From: Podarcis vaucheri
Lineage: Eukaryota
Reading direction: 5' to 3' (one strand)
NCBI GenBank assembly: GCA_965113315.1
Contig: OZ220364.1
DNA: 64,000 nucleotides
Shown: in pieces, positions 51,506-62,725 of the stretch
How the letters are laid out: each line of letters opens with the position of its first letter
How positions within the stretch are numbered: position 1 is the stretch's first letter
The notes under the pieces: generated by a model
Database searches by the model: none
The model's input: the letters and a program-made list of their open reading frames with translations, nothing else
Told to the model about the DNA's origin: nothing
Program-made: the position numbers and the translations under genes

Positions 51506-52030
51506 TAACTTAAGCTGAGATCTGAATTTAAATCAAGCTGTGACTTTAAATTAAATTTAAAACTAATTTAAATTGCCAGCTTAATATTGCTGAATTCTTG
51601 CTTCACTGTACTTCAGTTTATTTTATTATTTTAATGTGTCGCCCACAGGTGAGTGAGAAGCAAGGTTATAAGATAGGAATGAAAGTTATGAGCCCCAATC
51701 TTATACTGGACATGAGTATGCAGAGCCCTTCTTTAAAAGCTAAAGTGGTGGGGACTGCATCTAGCTCTTATCCAAAACAGCTAGTTGGTTGGAATGCAGC
51801 TGTTTTGGGGAATCACATGCACACAGCCCTGCTGCATAAGGTTGGAAATCCTAAAGTACAGAACCCATTCTTATACAGTCTTACACACTCACTTTGGAGA
51901 CACTCATATGGATGGGTTCTAGCAAGACTGGGGCGATGAACTAAAGAGCAGAAAATACATTTAAGACGAGAGCAGGCTAGCAGCATGGTTCAGGAAGTAT
52001 TGGATTAGACATGAGAAATATCAACTGATA

Positions 52031-52183
52031 TCATTGAATCATAGAGTTGCAGAGTTGTAAGGTTCCACAAGAGTTTGTCTAGTCCAACCCCCTGCAATGC
52101 AGGAATCTTTCGTCCAACATGGGGCTCAAACCCTTGACCCTGAGATTAAGAGTCTCATGCTCTACCAACTGAGCTATTCCAGC
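52031..52183 (-). mobile_element. SINE with tRNA-Lys(CTT) head and CR1-derived tail
   Basis: Minus strand TAGCTCAGTTGGTAGAGCATGAGACTCTTAATCTCAGGGTC..GAGCCCCATGTTGGACG, then AAAGATTCCTGCATTGCAGGGGGTTGGACTAG..CTATGATTC; a tail-only copy at 52213-52263. Confidence 0.9.
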
Positions 52184-52550
52184 TATCTGATAGCTCCTGA
52201 GCACTGATAGACTCATAGCACTACAGAGTTTGAAGTTACCCCAAGGGTCATCTAGTTCAACCCACTAACTAACTAAACCAGCCAACCAACCTACCTCAGG
52301 TTACTCATGTCACAGGGTTGTCATTTAATGTAGTGCCTAGTGCCTGATGCAGTATTTTCCCTGTGATCAGCGTGGAGGAAATGCCATCATGCAAGAAAGG
52401 CATTCAGAGAGCTCTTATCGGGTGGGAGCAAGTATGGCAAGTTAGGTGCTATCTTTAGTGGTGATATTTAAAGCTCTATATAGGAACGGGCTATAAATAA
52501 TGCAAAAATTAAATAAAAATTAAAGCATATAGTGCACTGACATGTGCTGA

Positions 52551-52778
<228 letters not shown>

Positions 52779-52821
52779 TAATGGTGGGGAAGAAAATTGT
52801 TTCCATTCTTTTTTTAACTTA

Positions 52822-53054
52822 GGCTATGTTCGCACTAGTGGCTTGAAACACTAAGTGATATTTTTCCCCATGCTGAGTGGAACTTTGATCTGCGCACATG
52901 TCATCATGTGCACACACGCAAAAGCCACCTGAATTAGAGCACAGTGGAGCCATGGCTTCCCTTTTCAAATCAGATGGAAGTTGGTTCCAAACAAAACACT
53001 TCAAAGAGCTCCAGGACACAGGTGGGTTGTGGCTAACATCTTGTGAACCCAGCT
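52822..53054. mobile_element. PIF/Harbinger-like MITE remnant
   Basis: GGCTATGTTCGCA..TGTGAACCCAGC ends with TTA/TTG flanks; similar element at about 10388-10617. Confidence 0.4.
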
Positions 53055-53597
53055 TTGAAAACTAGCAGTGGGAGTGCGCTGGAACTGCAGTAAATAGCAA
53101 TGTGAGCACAGCCTTAGAAATTCTAAGCAAAACTATTTGAGGATTGATAGACATCTGGAGCAACAAAATATTGATCAGATGTTGTTCTGTGACAAAATAC
53201 AACATACTTGGAAAGATTAAAAAAATCCTCAAAGGAACTGCAGTCGCATCTGGAGGGCATATGGGAACAAACATTATTGTACCATAGCGAAGGGAGCCTT
53301 TTACTTCACACATCACCCTATCTGATATATGGCAATTGAACATGGTCATCTGTTGCTTTTGGCTCTAAGGTATATTGTTAGTCTAGTTTGAAATAAAGAG
53401 CTGAGTGGCTTGGTGCTCTGCAGCAGTGCAGGACTCTTCACATATAGGCTGGCAGCCTCACAGGAATTCCTAGAATGTCCGCATGATGCCCTGTGGTCAC
53501 TTGGAAACTGTAGGAAGTGCTGTGAGAAGAGATGCTGTGTTTGTAAAGAGCTCTGCTCCACTGCAAGTGTGCACAGTGTGTTCTAAACATGTCACAG

Positions 53598-53906
53598 TGT
53601 TATGTACTGAGTTGAATAGGATCCAAAAAGCAGCAGTCTGATTAGTCCTAGAACAATAGGGTCCAGAATGCAGCAGTCTGATTGGTCCTAGAACAATGCA
53701 GCAGTATGATTGGTCCGCAGGAGCCACCCAATCCAGCTCCAGGTGGAAGTGAATCCGCAACCTGATTGGCCTACAGGAGAATCGCAGAATTAGCCAATTG
53801 CGTGCGACCCATTGTGTAAATAATGTATATAAAGCAGATATTTTGGGGGAACATTCATTCCTCACTACTATGAGCTGAATAAAGAGCATGAAATCCATAT
53901 ATTTCA
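53598..53906 (+). mobile_element. 309-bp solo LTR in sense orientation
   Basis: TG...CA termini; perfect 5-bp TSD CACAG; tandem CCAAT-containing repeats; TATATAAA at 53826; AATAAA at 53878. Confidence 0.9.
53681..53833 (+). promoter_or_regulatory. Candidate LTR Pol II promoter (five CCAAT/ATTGG boxes plus TATA)
   Basis: ATTGG at 53681, 53709 and 53765; CCAAT at 53728 and 53794; TATATAAA at 53826-53833. Activity not shown. Confidence 0.5.
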
Positions 53907-55771
53907 CACAGACACCTCTTTATAGTGTATAAGGTAAGAATAGCACATGTTGCCTTTCTCGCTGAGAATAGTCTCTGAAATTCTCACACTCCCTGGCCTC
54001 TTCCTAAACATCTGCTTCACCCCACACCATCTCTTAAGTTGCTGAAAATTAAAATAGTTGGTGGAATTCACCTAATGAACCCCATCAGTGGAAGCCTTGT
54101 GCAAGGGCTACTGTTTATGCAATGAAGCTTTCCCCCCTCCCCCAGCAAACTCCCTGAAATTGGCTCTGGGAGTGTTGGGAGAACCCCCAAAACAACACAC
54201 AGTGGGAGGGGGATCATTCCATTGGGAAGCGGATATGCTTGCATACACAGAAAGCTTGCTATAGCGTGACTTTGTATTCAACCCTGCAAAATGTTCAGCA
54301 CACTATTATTTATTGTTCCAATCTGGCTGAACTGTTTCTTTCTTTCTTTTTAATTATTGTGCTATTTTATAGATCTGCTCCTTTTAGGTTTTTTATTTGT
54401 GATTTTAAATAGCATCATATTTTATTGTATTTTTACAATACAGTGACAGTTGCATTGTAGGGTAGAATATATTTTATAATAATGGATGAATAAACAGGGT
54501 TTGGAGAAGCTAAGGCATGTACTAAAGATGGAATTGCTCAGAGTAGGGAGTTGAGGGTAGACATTTCTCTACAAGTTTGCAGGATCTAGCATCAGTAGAG
54601 GTCCTTCCCTGCCTAACTAGTAAGATGTAAATAAACAGATGTATACATTTAAGATTCATTACATGCATTGGCATTACCTGAGGCTGTTAGAAGAAAACAG
54701 ATCATTAATCACCATCTTGCAAGGGTTTTCTGTACATATGACCAAGTAATTGTGCTATAGATATCTATTATCTACTCTTAATGACTAGTTTCCTACATAA
54801 CAACATCCTGAATTTATATTTCAGGATGTTAACATTTAAAACTGCACAGCATACTGTATTGGATATTATTATTAGGCTAATTATTAATTTGGGAGACAAT
54901 AGTATTTCACTAGAACAAAAAAAATGAAGTTGTTGAATGTCCATTTAAAACTGAATACCAAGCTTTCCAACCTTTGCCTTTCAATAATAATAATAATAAT
55001 AATAATAAAATAGAGAGGTGTATAACCATATACATATGAGTTGATATCTGGTCAAAGTTCACTCTTGCTGAAGGGAGATCACTGAGTCCCTTCTGCAAAC
55101 AGGATGACTGCTTCCCTTTGTAGAATAGACATTTTGCAACCACTCCAATATGTTTTGCATTTAGTTCCAATCTTTTGAGCACATTATTGCCCACACAAGC
55201 ATAAGCACTCTGAAGTGTGCATCCACACAGCTAGTTTAAACCAAAGGCCTATCCAGTCCAGCACTGAGGCCACAGTGGCCAAAGAGTTCCCCAAGGGAAG
55301 CCAGGAAGGAGAGCAATAAACCTCTCACCACTGTTGCTGTTTCCCATCAATTGCCATGTAGAAATACAAGCCAGCTTTGTTGTCAATTTTCTCCTTCCTT
55401 TTCTATGTATTTTTCAAGCAAGTCCACCTTGTTTCCATGTACAGTTGTTACTCTTCTCAGAGTTTCAGAGTCAGGCTCTTAGTTGTTTTTGTTTGGATCC
55501 GGGCTGGCAATCCTGCTTGAGGCTGGACTAAGCATCAAGGAATAAGCTATTTTTCATGGTGATTAATTCATCTTCCCCATTCTGTTGTGTAGAATGGAAC
55601 CATAGTATTCAGTTGTTAGTACTTTCGTGCTTACCCAACCGTTTTTGATGGGCTGCAGGAAAAAGAGAAGCAAATTGTTCCAAATCCCAGCACGGCAGCT
55701 GCTGCTGTTTCTGCTGCCGGGAAGAGTGCAATGTATGCTGTGAAATAGGCACTCCGCGGTATAAATCAAGT

Positions 55772-55806
55772 TGCAGTGTGCATCATGTGCCACCAAATGG
55801 CACTGT
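55772..55806 (+). promoter_or_regulatory. Candidate CTCF site with upstream (U) motif
   Basis: TGCAG-N13-CCACCAAATGGCAC: core plus upstream TGCAG at about the usual spacing; visual match only. Confidence 0.35.
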
Positions 55807-57629
55807 TGTGCAACATTCCACCATGTAAATAATTTCTTTAGATCTCTTTCCAAAACGTTCCGAGGAGCTTGGCGTAGGGTGCAGAAATTCACTCCTGTTC
55901 AAGAGGACTTGATTCCTTGGGAGCACTTGCAAGCAATACTGAAGAGGGTTTGTTGTGCAATGAATTTCAGTCTCAGTTTGCCACTGCAAAGCCTGGATCT
56001 AGGCCAGCTCTCAAGACAGCCTCAATAATTAGCTGAGGAGATAAATGGCTAGTGTCCCATTCGATATTTCTGACTTGGGCTGACTGTTGAAGATTAACTT
56101 TTGACTCGGAAGCTTTGTATTCCCAAGTCCCTCACCATATGCACTCATATGATAATATCTAAAGTTTCTTACTTGCTGTTATTATAAGAAAGATACTGGT
56201 GTCGGCGACACAATAGGACTAGCACGTAGATTAAGATTTTGATCAGCTAAAGGAGCATAGATTACTCTGCCTCCATGTTCGGAGGCAGTATGCTTCTGAA
56301 TACCAATTGCTGGAAACCACAGAAGAAGATAATGCTCTTGTTCTCAAGCATCTGTTGGCCACTGGGAGAACAGGATTATGGACTAGATGGCCAATTGGCT
56401 GGATCCAGAAGTCTCTTCTTATGTTCTTACAAGTTACATTCATATCTTACCCTTTCATGAAACTGTTCCATGCACCCTGATAGATGCCATTCACCCAGAA
56501 TACTGTCTGTGGTTTTGTACTTGCTCATGCAACACACAACTGAACAAATCTGAATATTCATATAATGTACTTCAGAGACTAAAAGTGTTTTCAGTGATTA
56601 GCAACTTAAACCTGAATATATGCAGTTGGAAACACATCTCGGAAGAGCAATGCTTTAGTGCTCTGTCATCATAAATTAAAGTATAAGACATCTTTGCCTG
56701 TCCCCCCCCCCTCCACTCCAGATGTTTACTATGTGTATGGAAATGTACACTGCTTATGGGCTAATACAGTGTAAGACTTTTTATGAAACAGATATTGCCT
56801 TAAAATTCCTGGGTGTTTAGAAGGAGAATTTATATTTCACGTTGTGTCTGAACCTGCTGCCAAGGACAAATAGCATCACTATCAAGTGTATGCTCCAAAA
56901 ATAAGCACAAGGTGTGAAGAAGAACTTCTTTAAGACAGGAGATTTTTGTCTCTCACAGTTTCATTCGCCTTCTAACATGGACAAAGGGCCTGTTTCCAAA
57001 AAGCAATGTGGGAAGTTTCTTGGGTTGAATATTGTTACCCTTCTGGCAATACAATTCTTAAATAAAATAAAAGGAGGGAAGAACATGGTATAAAACATAG
57101 CAAAGCAAAGGATTGCCAAAAGACAAAACAAACATGCAGGGTTTCTTAAAAAAACAACAACAAACCATGGTTTTCTTTAATAGTATACTTTGTGTGGTGG
57201 AGTAATAATTCTCAAGATCACAACAGGCATGGAGCGCTTTTAAAACTCTTTTATTTCCTGCTCCAGTCCTGAGGAAAGGAACCAGGGAGGAAATAATTAA
57301 ATCCCTCCTCCGTTGAGAATGATCAGTCACGCCTCAAACAGATGATGTTTGCTTTTAATGGTCCCATAAATACAAGCATGCATTTAACATTGCATCTCAT
57401 TTGACCCTTAACCCTAAGCAAGCAGACATAATTTATGTCTCCTTCACCAACTTGGTGCACTCCAACATCCACCACCCTTGGCCATTGGCTTTGCCACCTG
57501 GGACTGATAGTTGCTGTAGTCCAAAATATCAGCTGGTTCAGAAATTTCCCAAGTGGAGGGAAACCTTATTTCAGCTGTAAAGTGTTATCCGCACTCAATT
57601 TTTCCTGTTTTTAACTGTTTATCTTCCAG

Positions 57630-57732
57630 GGTGGAATGTATGTTTTCCAGTTGTTTGATTCCTACGCAGCCAGTGGAATGTGCCTTCTTTTTGTTGCTAT
57701 ATTTGAATGTGTCTGCATTGGCTGGTTTTACG
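57630..57732 (+). CDS. SLC6A11: SLC6A11 coding exon (103 nt): [34 protein letters not shown](G)
   Basis: Acceptor atcttccag|G, donor ACG|gtaagt; TM10. Confidence 0.96.
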
Positions 57733-59339
57733 GTAAGTCAGCAATTCTTGCAACATTGGGGCTAATTCTGAAATCACGTCATGCATTTTTAGAATGAGCC
57801 TTACCGTGTTTTCCATAGCCTACCTTGCCATATATCATCCTGTGGATTTCAAGGATCAGTCTTTTTCACAGTCTTGTTTTCATATTGCAAGTTGTATATA
57901 TTTCCCCTTCTGGTGGATCCTTTTCACATGTGAATCTTCATTTCGTAGTACCAGAAGAGTCCGTACAAGTTGTACTTTCTCTAATTATGCATCTAATATA
58001 ACATATGAAAAGGAAGTTGTGAGTCTGAGATAAATCTGCTGCTCTTATGCCTGGAGCTTGTACATCTTATCTTCACAAGTCCTTTTTCTATGCTATGCTA
58101 GAAAAAACACAGCTTGCACATTCTTCCTCTACTCCATTGTAATATGTGGAGTAGTGTTACATGCCTTTCTCTGGATGCCAAGGTTTATGTTAGTACTACA
58201 TGCCGTTTGTGCAGTTAAATTCAGCCAAACCATTTGGGTTTGTATCCAGCCGTGTCCCTTTGTTGACAGAAGGCTTTTTGATCCAGTGGGAGCTTCCAAG
58301 AGCAGAAACGGGAAGAGGTGACTTTAATTGATTCCCAGCACCCTTCCCAAATCTAACACAGAGGATTGGGGCACCTTTGGGACAGCATGATTGGTGGTGA
58401 AGGGGTTGTAGAAGAAAGGAAGAATCTATGAAAATCAACTTACATTCCTTCTGTCAGTGGAGAGAAACCACTGGATACAACCATGAAACTAATGGAACCG
58501 TACTTCTCTTCTTCAAGGATGGCAGAATGGCCACCTAGCAGAGGTGTTGTATTTTTACCTCCTACTCCCTCTTAATGCTGAAGATACTAAAACTATTAGT
58601 GCTCAGCTGAAATTTCACTGAAGAAACTCAGCTTTGGCATGTAAAGAAGAATCATAAAAGGGTGAAAAATACCTTTTTAAACTTTCAGATTCCCTCCTTT
58701 ATCTTTGATAACTCTTTCAATTCTTTTTGTTTTGCTTTTGGAAAAAGGTATGCTAGACACTGCCTGTGGCAGTGACAGCATCAAATCTCTTCCTGGCGTC
58801 TATAAGCTCCAGCCACTGTTTTCTTTCCACCTCAGTGCCGCTGGATGACATACCATCATTCTGGGGGAGTTCTTGGGTAAATACTTGGCAGCCTCCATAC
58901 TGGTTGCTATTTTTTCATCAAGTAGTTCTCTCAGAATGACATTATGTTATTCTATAGCATCATTCCAGGGGTAAATAATTCTGGTGGAAATAACATTTTA
59001 ACCAAAGGTCTCCATCTGCTGGGCAGGTAGCAGCTGTATCATCTCTGCAGACCCCACTAAAGGTAAAGGAGGGCTTCAATTTTTCAGCAGGCCCTCCCAA
59101 AAAACGTTTCTTATATATGCTAGTTGTGAATGAGATTGTGAAAATGGGGGGGGGGGCAGATTTTAATCTCATTCCCACCAACTACATTTACCTCGTGTTT
59201 TCAGGCTTTCCTTGCCAATAGCAGAGGCAAGGAATATTCTAAGAACGAAAGCATAAATTCTAATGAAGCTACATCCAGTAACATAAGCCCTGGTGACCTA
59301 TATTCATTTTGTAATAATTTTTCTATTGGTTTTATTCAG

Positions 59340-59440
59340 GAAGCAATCGTTTTTATGACAACATTGAAGATATGATTGGGTACAGACCACTGGCATTATT
59401 TAAATGGTGTTGGATGTTCCTCACTCCTGGCATTTGCGCT
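59340..59440 (+). CDS. SLC6A11: SLC6A11 coding exon (101 nt): [34 protein letters not shown]
   Basis: Acceptor ttttattcag|G, donor GCT|gtaagt. Confidence 0.96.
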
Positions 59441-60442
59441 GTAAGTAATGAAAGTGTGATAAAATGATAGAGCAATCTGTAAGGTTCTTGGCAGAACCTT
59501 TTCCCAAAGACTTTTGGGAAGTCTTTTGAAGAAATAGAGCATAATCATGGAGCCACACACATGTGTTGGAACAGGAAGTACACCTCCAAAATGCAAAATA
59601 GTTTAGCTTCCTGGTATCAGTAAAAAAAAGCAACAATTCCTCATAAATTAAATAAAAAAGTGATTTAAAGACTTATTTAATTTTCAAGCAGGTGTTGTTT
59701 ATTTCATTATTTTAAATTATTTAGGTATTTCTTTGCTATTGGTTTTAGACTTCAGTAGCCCCTACTTTTTCTTTTCTTCCTCTTCCCCCACCCCCCTACA
59801 GTATGATGAGGTATGACAACTTCTTTTTATGTGTTCACACATTTCTGTTCCCACACCATAGTGGTTTCATGTGCACTCAAGGTGTCTATTATAAATTCAT
59901 GTGTGGGTAGTATTGGAACAATTGTATGCTACTATGTTGTTACTTACTATGGAACTGAACTGAACTGTACACAAATTAAGGGCTGGAATCCAAAGGCTTA
60001 TGTGTGGTAGTCCTCACACACCCTGGGGCTTTTGTGGAGGGGGGAGGTTCCCATTCTTGGTGCAATTTCTCAAGGGCCTTCAAAAGTAATATACAATGTG
60101 ATGCATTTGTGGGTGATACAGCTGGTGGGGCATGAGAGAATTATGACCCCCCTCTTGTGTGTGCACAAGCCACAAAGCAGATCCCCTCCCATGGGTCTCT
60201 TCAGCACAGCTGTAACTTGCTGTCAAATTGGGGGGGGGGCGCCAATTTCTATGGTCCTTAAATGAAGACTGAGATTAAATGTGAAAGGAAGTTCCAGAGG
60301 AAGGAAGGAAGGAAGGAAGCCTGCCTGCTTGCTACCTGTCTTGAAAGCTGAATGTAGCAATTCAGTGAACTGCGGTGAATAAGTTTCCTAAATATCTATG
60401 TGTTGTTTCCAAAAATGGATAAAATGATCATCTCCATTTCAG

Positions 60443-60613
60443 GGAATCTTCATCTTCTTCCTGGTGAAATACAAGCCTTTGAAATACAACAACATTTATA
60501 TATACCCAGACTGGGGTTATGGCATTGGGTGGATGATGGCTCTCTCCTCCATGGTTTGCATTCCTTTGTGGATCTGTATTAAATTGTGGAAGACAGAAGG
60601 AACTATCGTGGAG
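60443..60613 (+). CDS. SLC6A11: SLC6A11 coding exon (171 nt): [57 protein letters not shown]
   Basis: Acceptor ccatttcag|G, donor GAG|gtaagg; overlaps track ORF 60464..60691; TM11-TM12. Confidence 0.96.
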
Positions 60614-61060
60614 GTAAGGAATGTTTTCAGACTATTATTGCTGGATAGAGTAGGTGAACATATTGAGCTATTCAGAAGTTATGAAATCTAAGCTGGTGTC
60701 TATGCATCCAGACCAGTTTCTGTGATGTAACTGTAGTCAACAATCCACGTATCCACTTTGGCTGTGATCCTGGGAAGTTTCATAGTAATAATTATGAAAA
60801 AGAAAAGAACAGTGGGTTGCATTGTCACAGATGTCCAGTGACTAAAACATTAGAAATAACAATGGTAGGTTCAACTCTGCCCTGGTTTGGATGAGCATGT
60901 TTTGTCTTATTAAGCTTCCCCACCCCACCCCCACCCCCGCATGCAGGCGGTATTCTATCAGTTCTTGGAAGAAAAAATCCTAGAATATCTTGGAGATAAA
61001 CATATTTTATTAGATGACTTTAATGGAGTAGTGAACCCGGGCATGCATAGAACAGCAAAA

Positions 61061-61061
61061 A

Positions 61062-61116
<55 letters not shown>
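61061..61116. repeat. (AAAG)14 microsatellite inside the L1 endonuclease region
   Basis: Read directly; produces the KERK repeats in track ORF 60941..61123. Confidence 0.95.
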
Positions 61117-61117
<1 letters not shown>

Positions 61118-62109
61118 AAATGAAAGCAACAAGACAAGACAAACTCCCAAACTCCTTTTTTCAATTAATAGACCGCCTGAATCTGAATGATACCGGGAGG
61201 TTTAAACACCCAATAGATAAAGAATTTACGCATTACTCAGATCCTCACAACTCGGCTGGAAGAAAAGATGCAATTTGGGCCTCAAAAGACCTATTAGGTA
61301 ATATTAAGAAAGTTGAAATCCACCCAAGAACAATCTCAGACCATAACCCGGGATTAAGTTTAAAGGAGGGGAAGAAAAAATTAAAAGATAGCGGCTCAAC
61401 GAGAATGTATTGAATGACAAAAAGACAGCACAGAAGGCCAATCAAATTTTAGAAGAATACTTTAAATTTAACTTAAATCAAGGGACGGATATAAAAATAG
61501 TCTGGGATACGAGTAAAGTGGTTATAAGAGGCTTGTTCATCCAACAAAGTGTTTACCAAAGGAAAATAAAGGAGAAGAAGAAAATGGAAATATGGGAGGA
61601 AATCAGAGATAATGAAAAGAAATTATTTCAAAAACCAGAGGACGAAATAATAAAGCAAAATATAAAAATCCTACGTACACAATTTTCAATTATTATAAAT
61701 GAAGAAATAGAATGGAAGATCAGAAGGTTAAAACATAGAAGCTTTGAATCTGCAAACAAACCAGGTAGACTTCTAGCCTGGGGACTGAAAAAGAAACAAG
61801 ATGAAAGAATCATCAACAGAATTAAAATAGATGAGACCTGGATTCAAGACCCGAAAGAAATTAGTAAGAGATTCACTCATTTTTATAAAGAGTTATACAA
61901 AGAAGAACCAGAGAAAATAGAGAAAATAAATGATTACTTAAACAAAAGTAATCTGCCAATAATTCCCAAGGAGAAAATCGCCACATTGAATTCACCAGTA
62001 ACCGCTATGGAGGTGCAACAAGCAATGCAAAGATCGAAAATCGGGAAAACACCGGGTCCGGACGGTATACTGGCTATTTATTATAAAAAATTAGAACACT
62101 CACTGTTTC

Positions 62110-62725
62110 TGTGGGAATGTTTAGGAATGTGGGGGAGGATATATTATCTAAGATACCCTGTTCCAACTTGTCTTCAAGTTCAACAAAATCAGCAGAGTTA
62201 ACATTCCCCTTTTTTCTTTTAAACACACGCACAGCAGATAGCTTGCTCAGACTCATTAGAGTCTCTGTAAATATTTCCTGGTATTTTCCCCATTTAAACC
62301 CTCCTAAAACAAGACGCTACACAGTCTTCTGTAAAGTATAAAACATTTACTCACAAGTAATCATCTGTTCACACAAAGTTTCCCAGAGGGTAGACTTAAA
62401 AGGTTAGAACATAGTTTAAATGTGGTGACTGTCTCCTTATGGGAGAAAGCCCCCTTTTTCTTCTCTTGGCCTGGAGCCAAGGGTGCATCTTAGTAGTGCT
62501 GTTGTTAAGATGGCATTGATAGAGACAAAAAGAGACAAGATGGCCACCAGCCTGTGATTCTGGTTATTTCTACTTCAGGAGAGGCCACACCCATCTCAAG
62601 TTACACATAGGAAGTTTCGTCTCAGTCCTGGAAAGCAGGAACTTCCGGCTGGAGTACTGAGACACAACCTTCATGTCTACTCTAGCAACGTTGTGTTTGA
62701 CTGCACCTGATTCTTACATCCCACA
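62110..62725 (-). mobile_element. 616-bp solo LTR inserted in L1 ORF2
   Basis: TGTGGGAATGT...ACATCCCACA inverted termini; perfect 5-bp TSD GTTTC; the L1 frame rejoins (HSLFL|PMKDT) when it is removed; orientation inferred only from a minus-strand AGTAAA. Confidence 0.88.

Noticed and set aside
52110-52183. Functional tRNA-Lys gene (also tRNA-Asn at 20123)
   Set aside because: Box B/T-arm and acceptor stem are mutated, there is no oligo-T terminator, and both are fused to a LINE tail, so they are SINE heads.
53630-53717. ~28-bp direct repeats resembling a CRISPR array (also 5178-5255)
   Set aside because: Vertebrate intron, no unique spacers, no cas genes; these are LTR enhancer duplications and junction duplications.
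55208-55235. Penelope-type hammerhead ribozyme remnant (CTGAAGTGTGCATCCACACAGC)
   Set aside because: The catalytic CUGANGA and GAAA cores are missing; I found no intact hammerhead, including at the PLE remnant near 49.8 kb.
61410-62201. 263-aa ORF, the longest in the track, as a host gene
   Set aside because: It is the L1 ORF2 linker (ANKPGRLLAW, KTPGPDG) reading into the LTR insertion.
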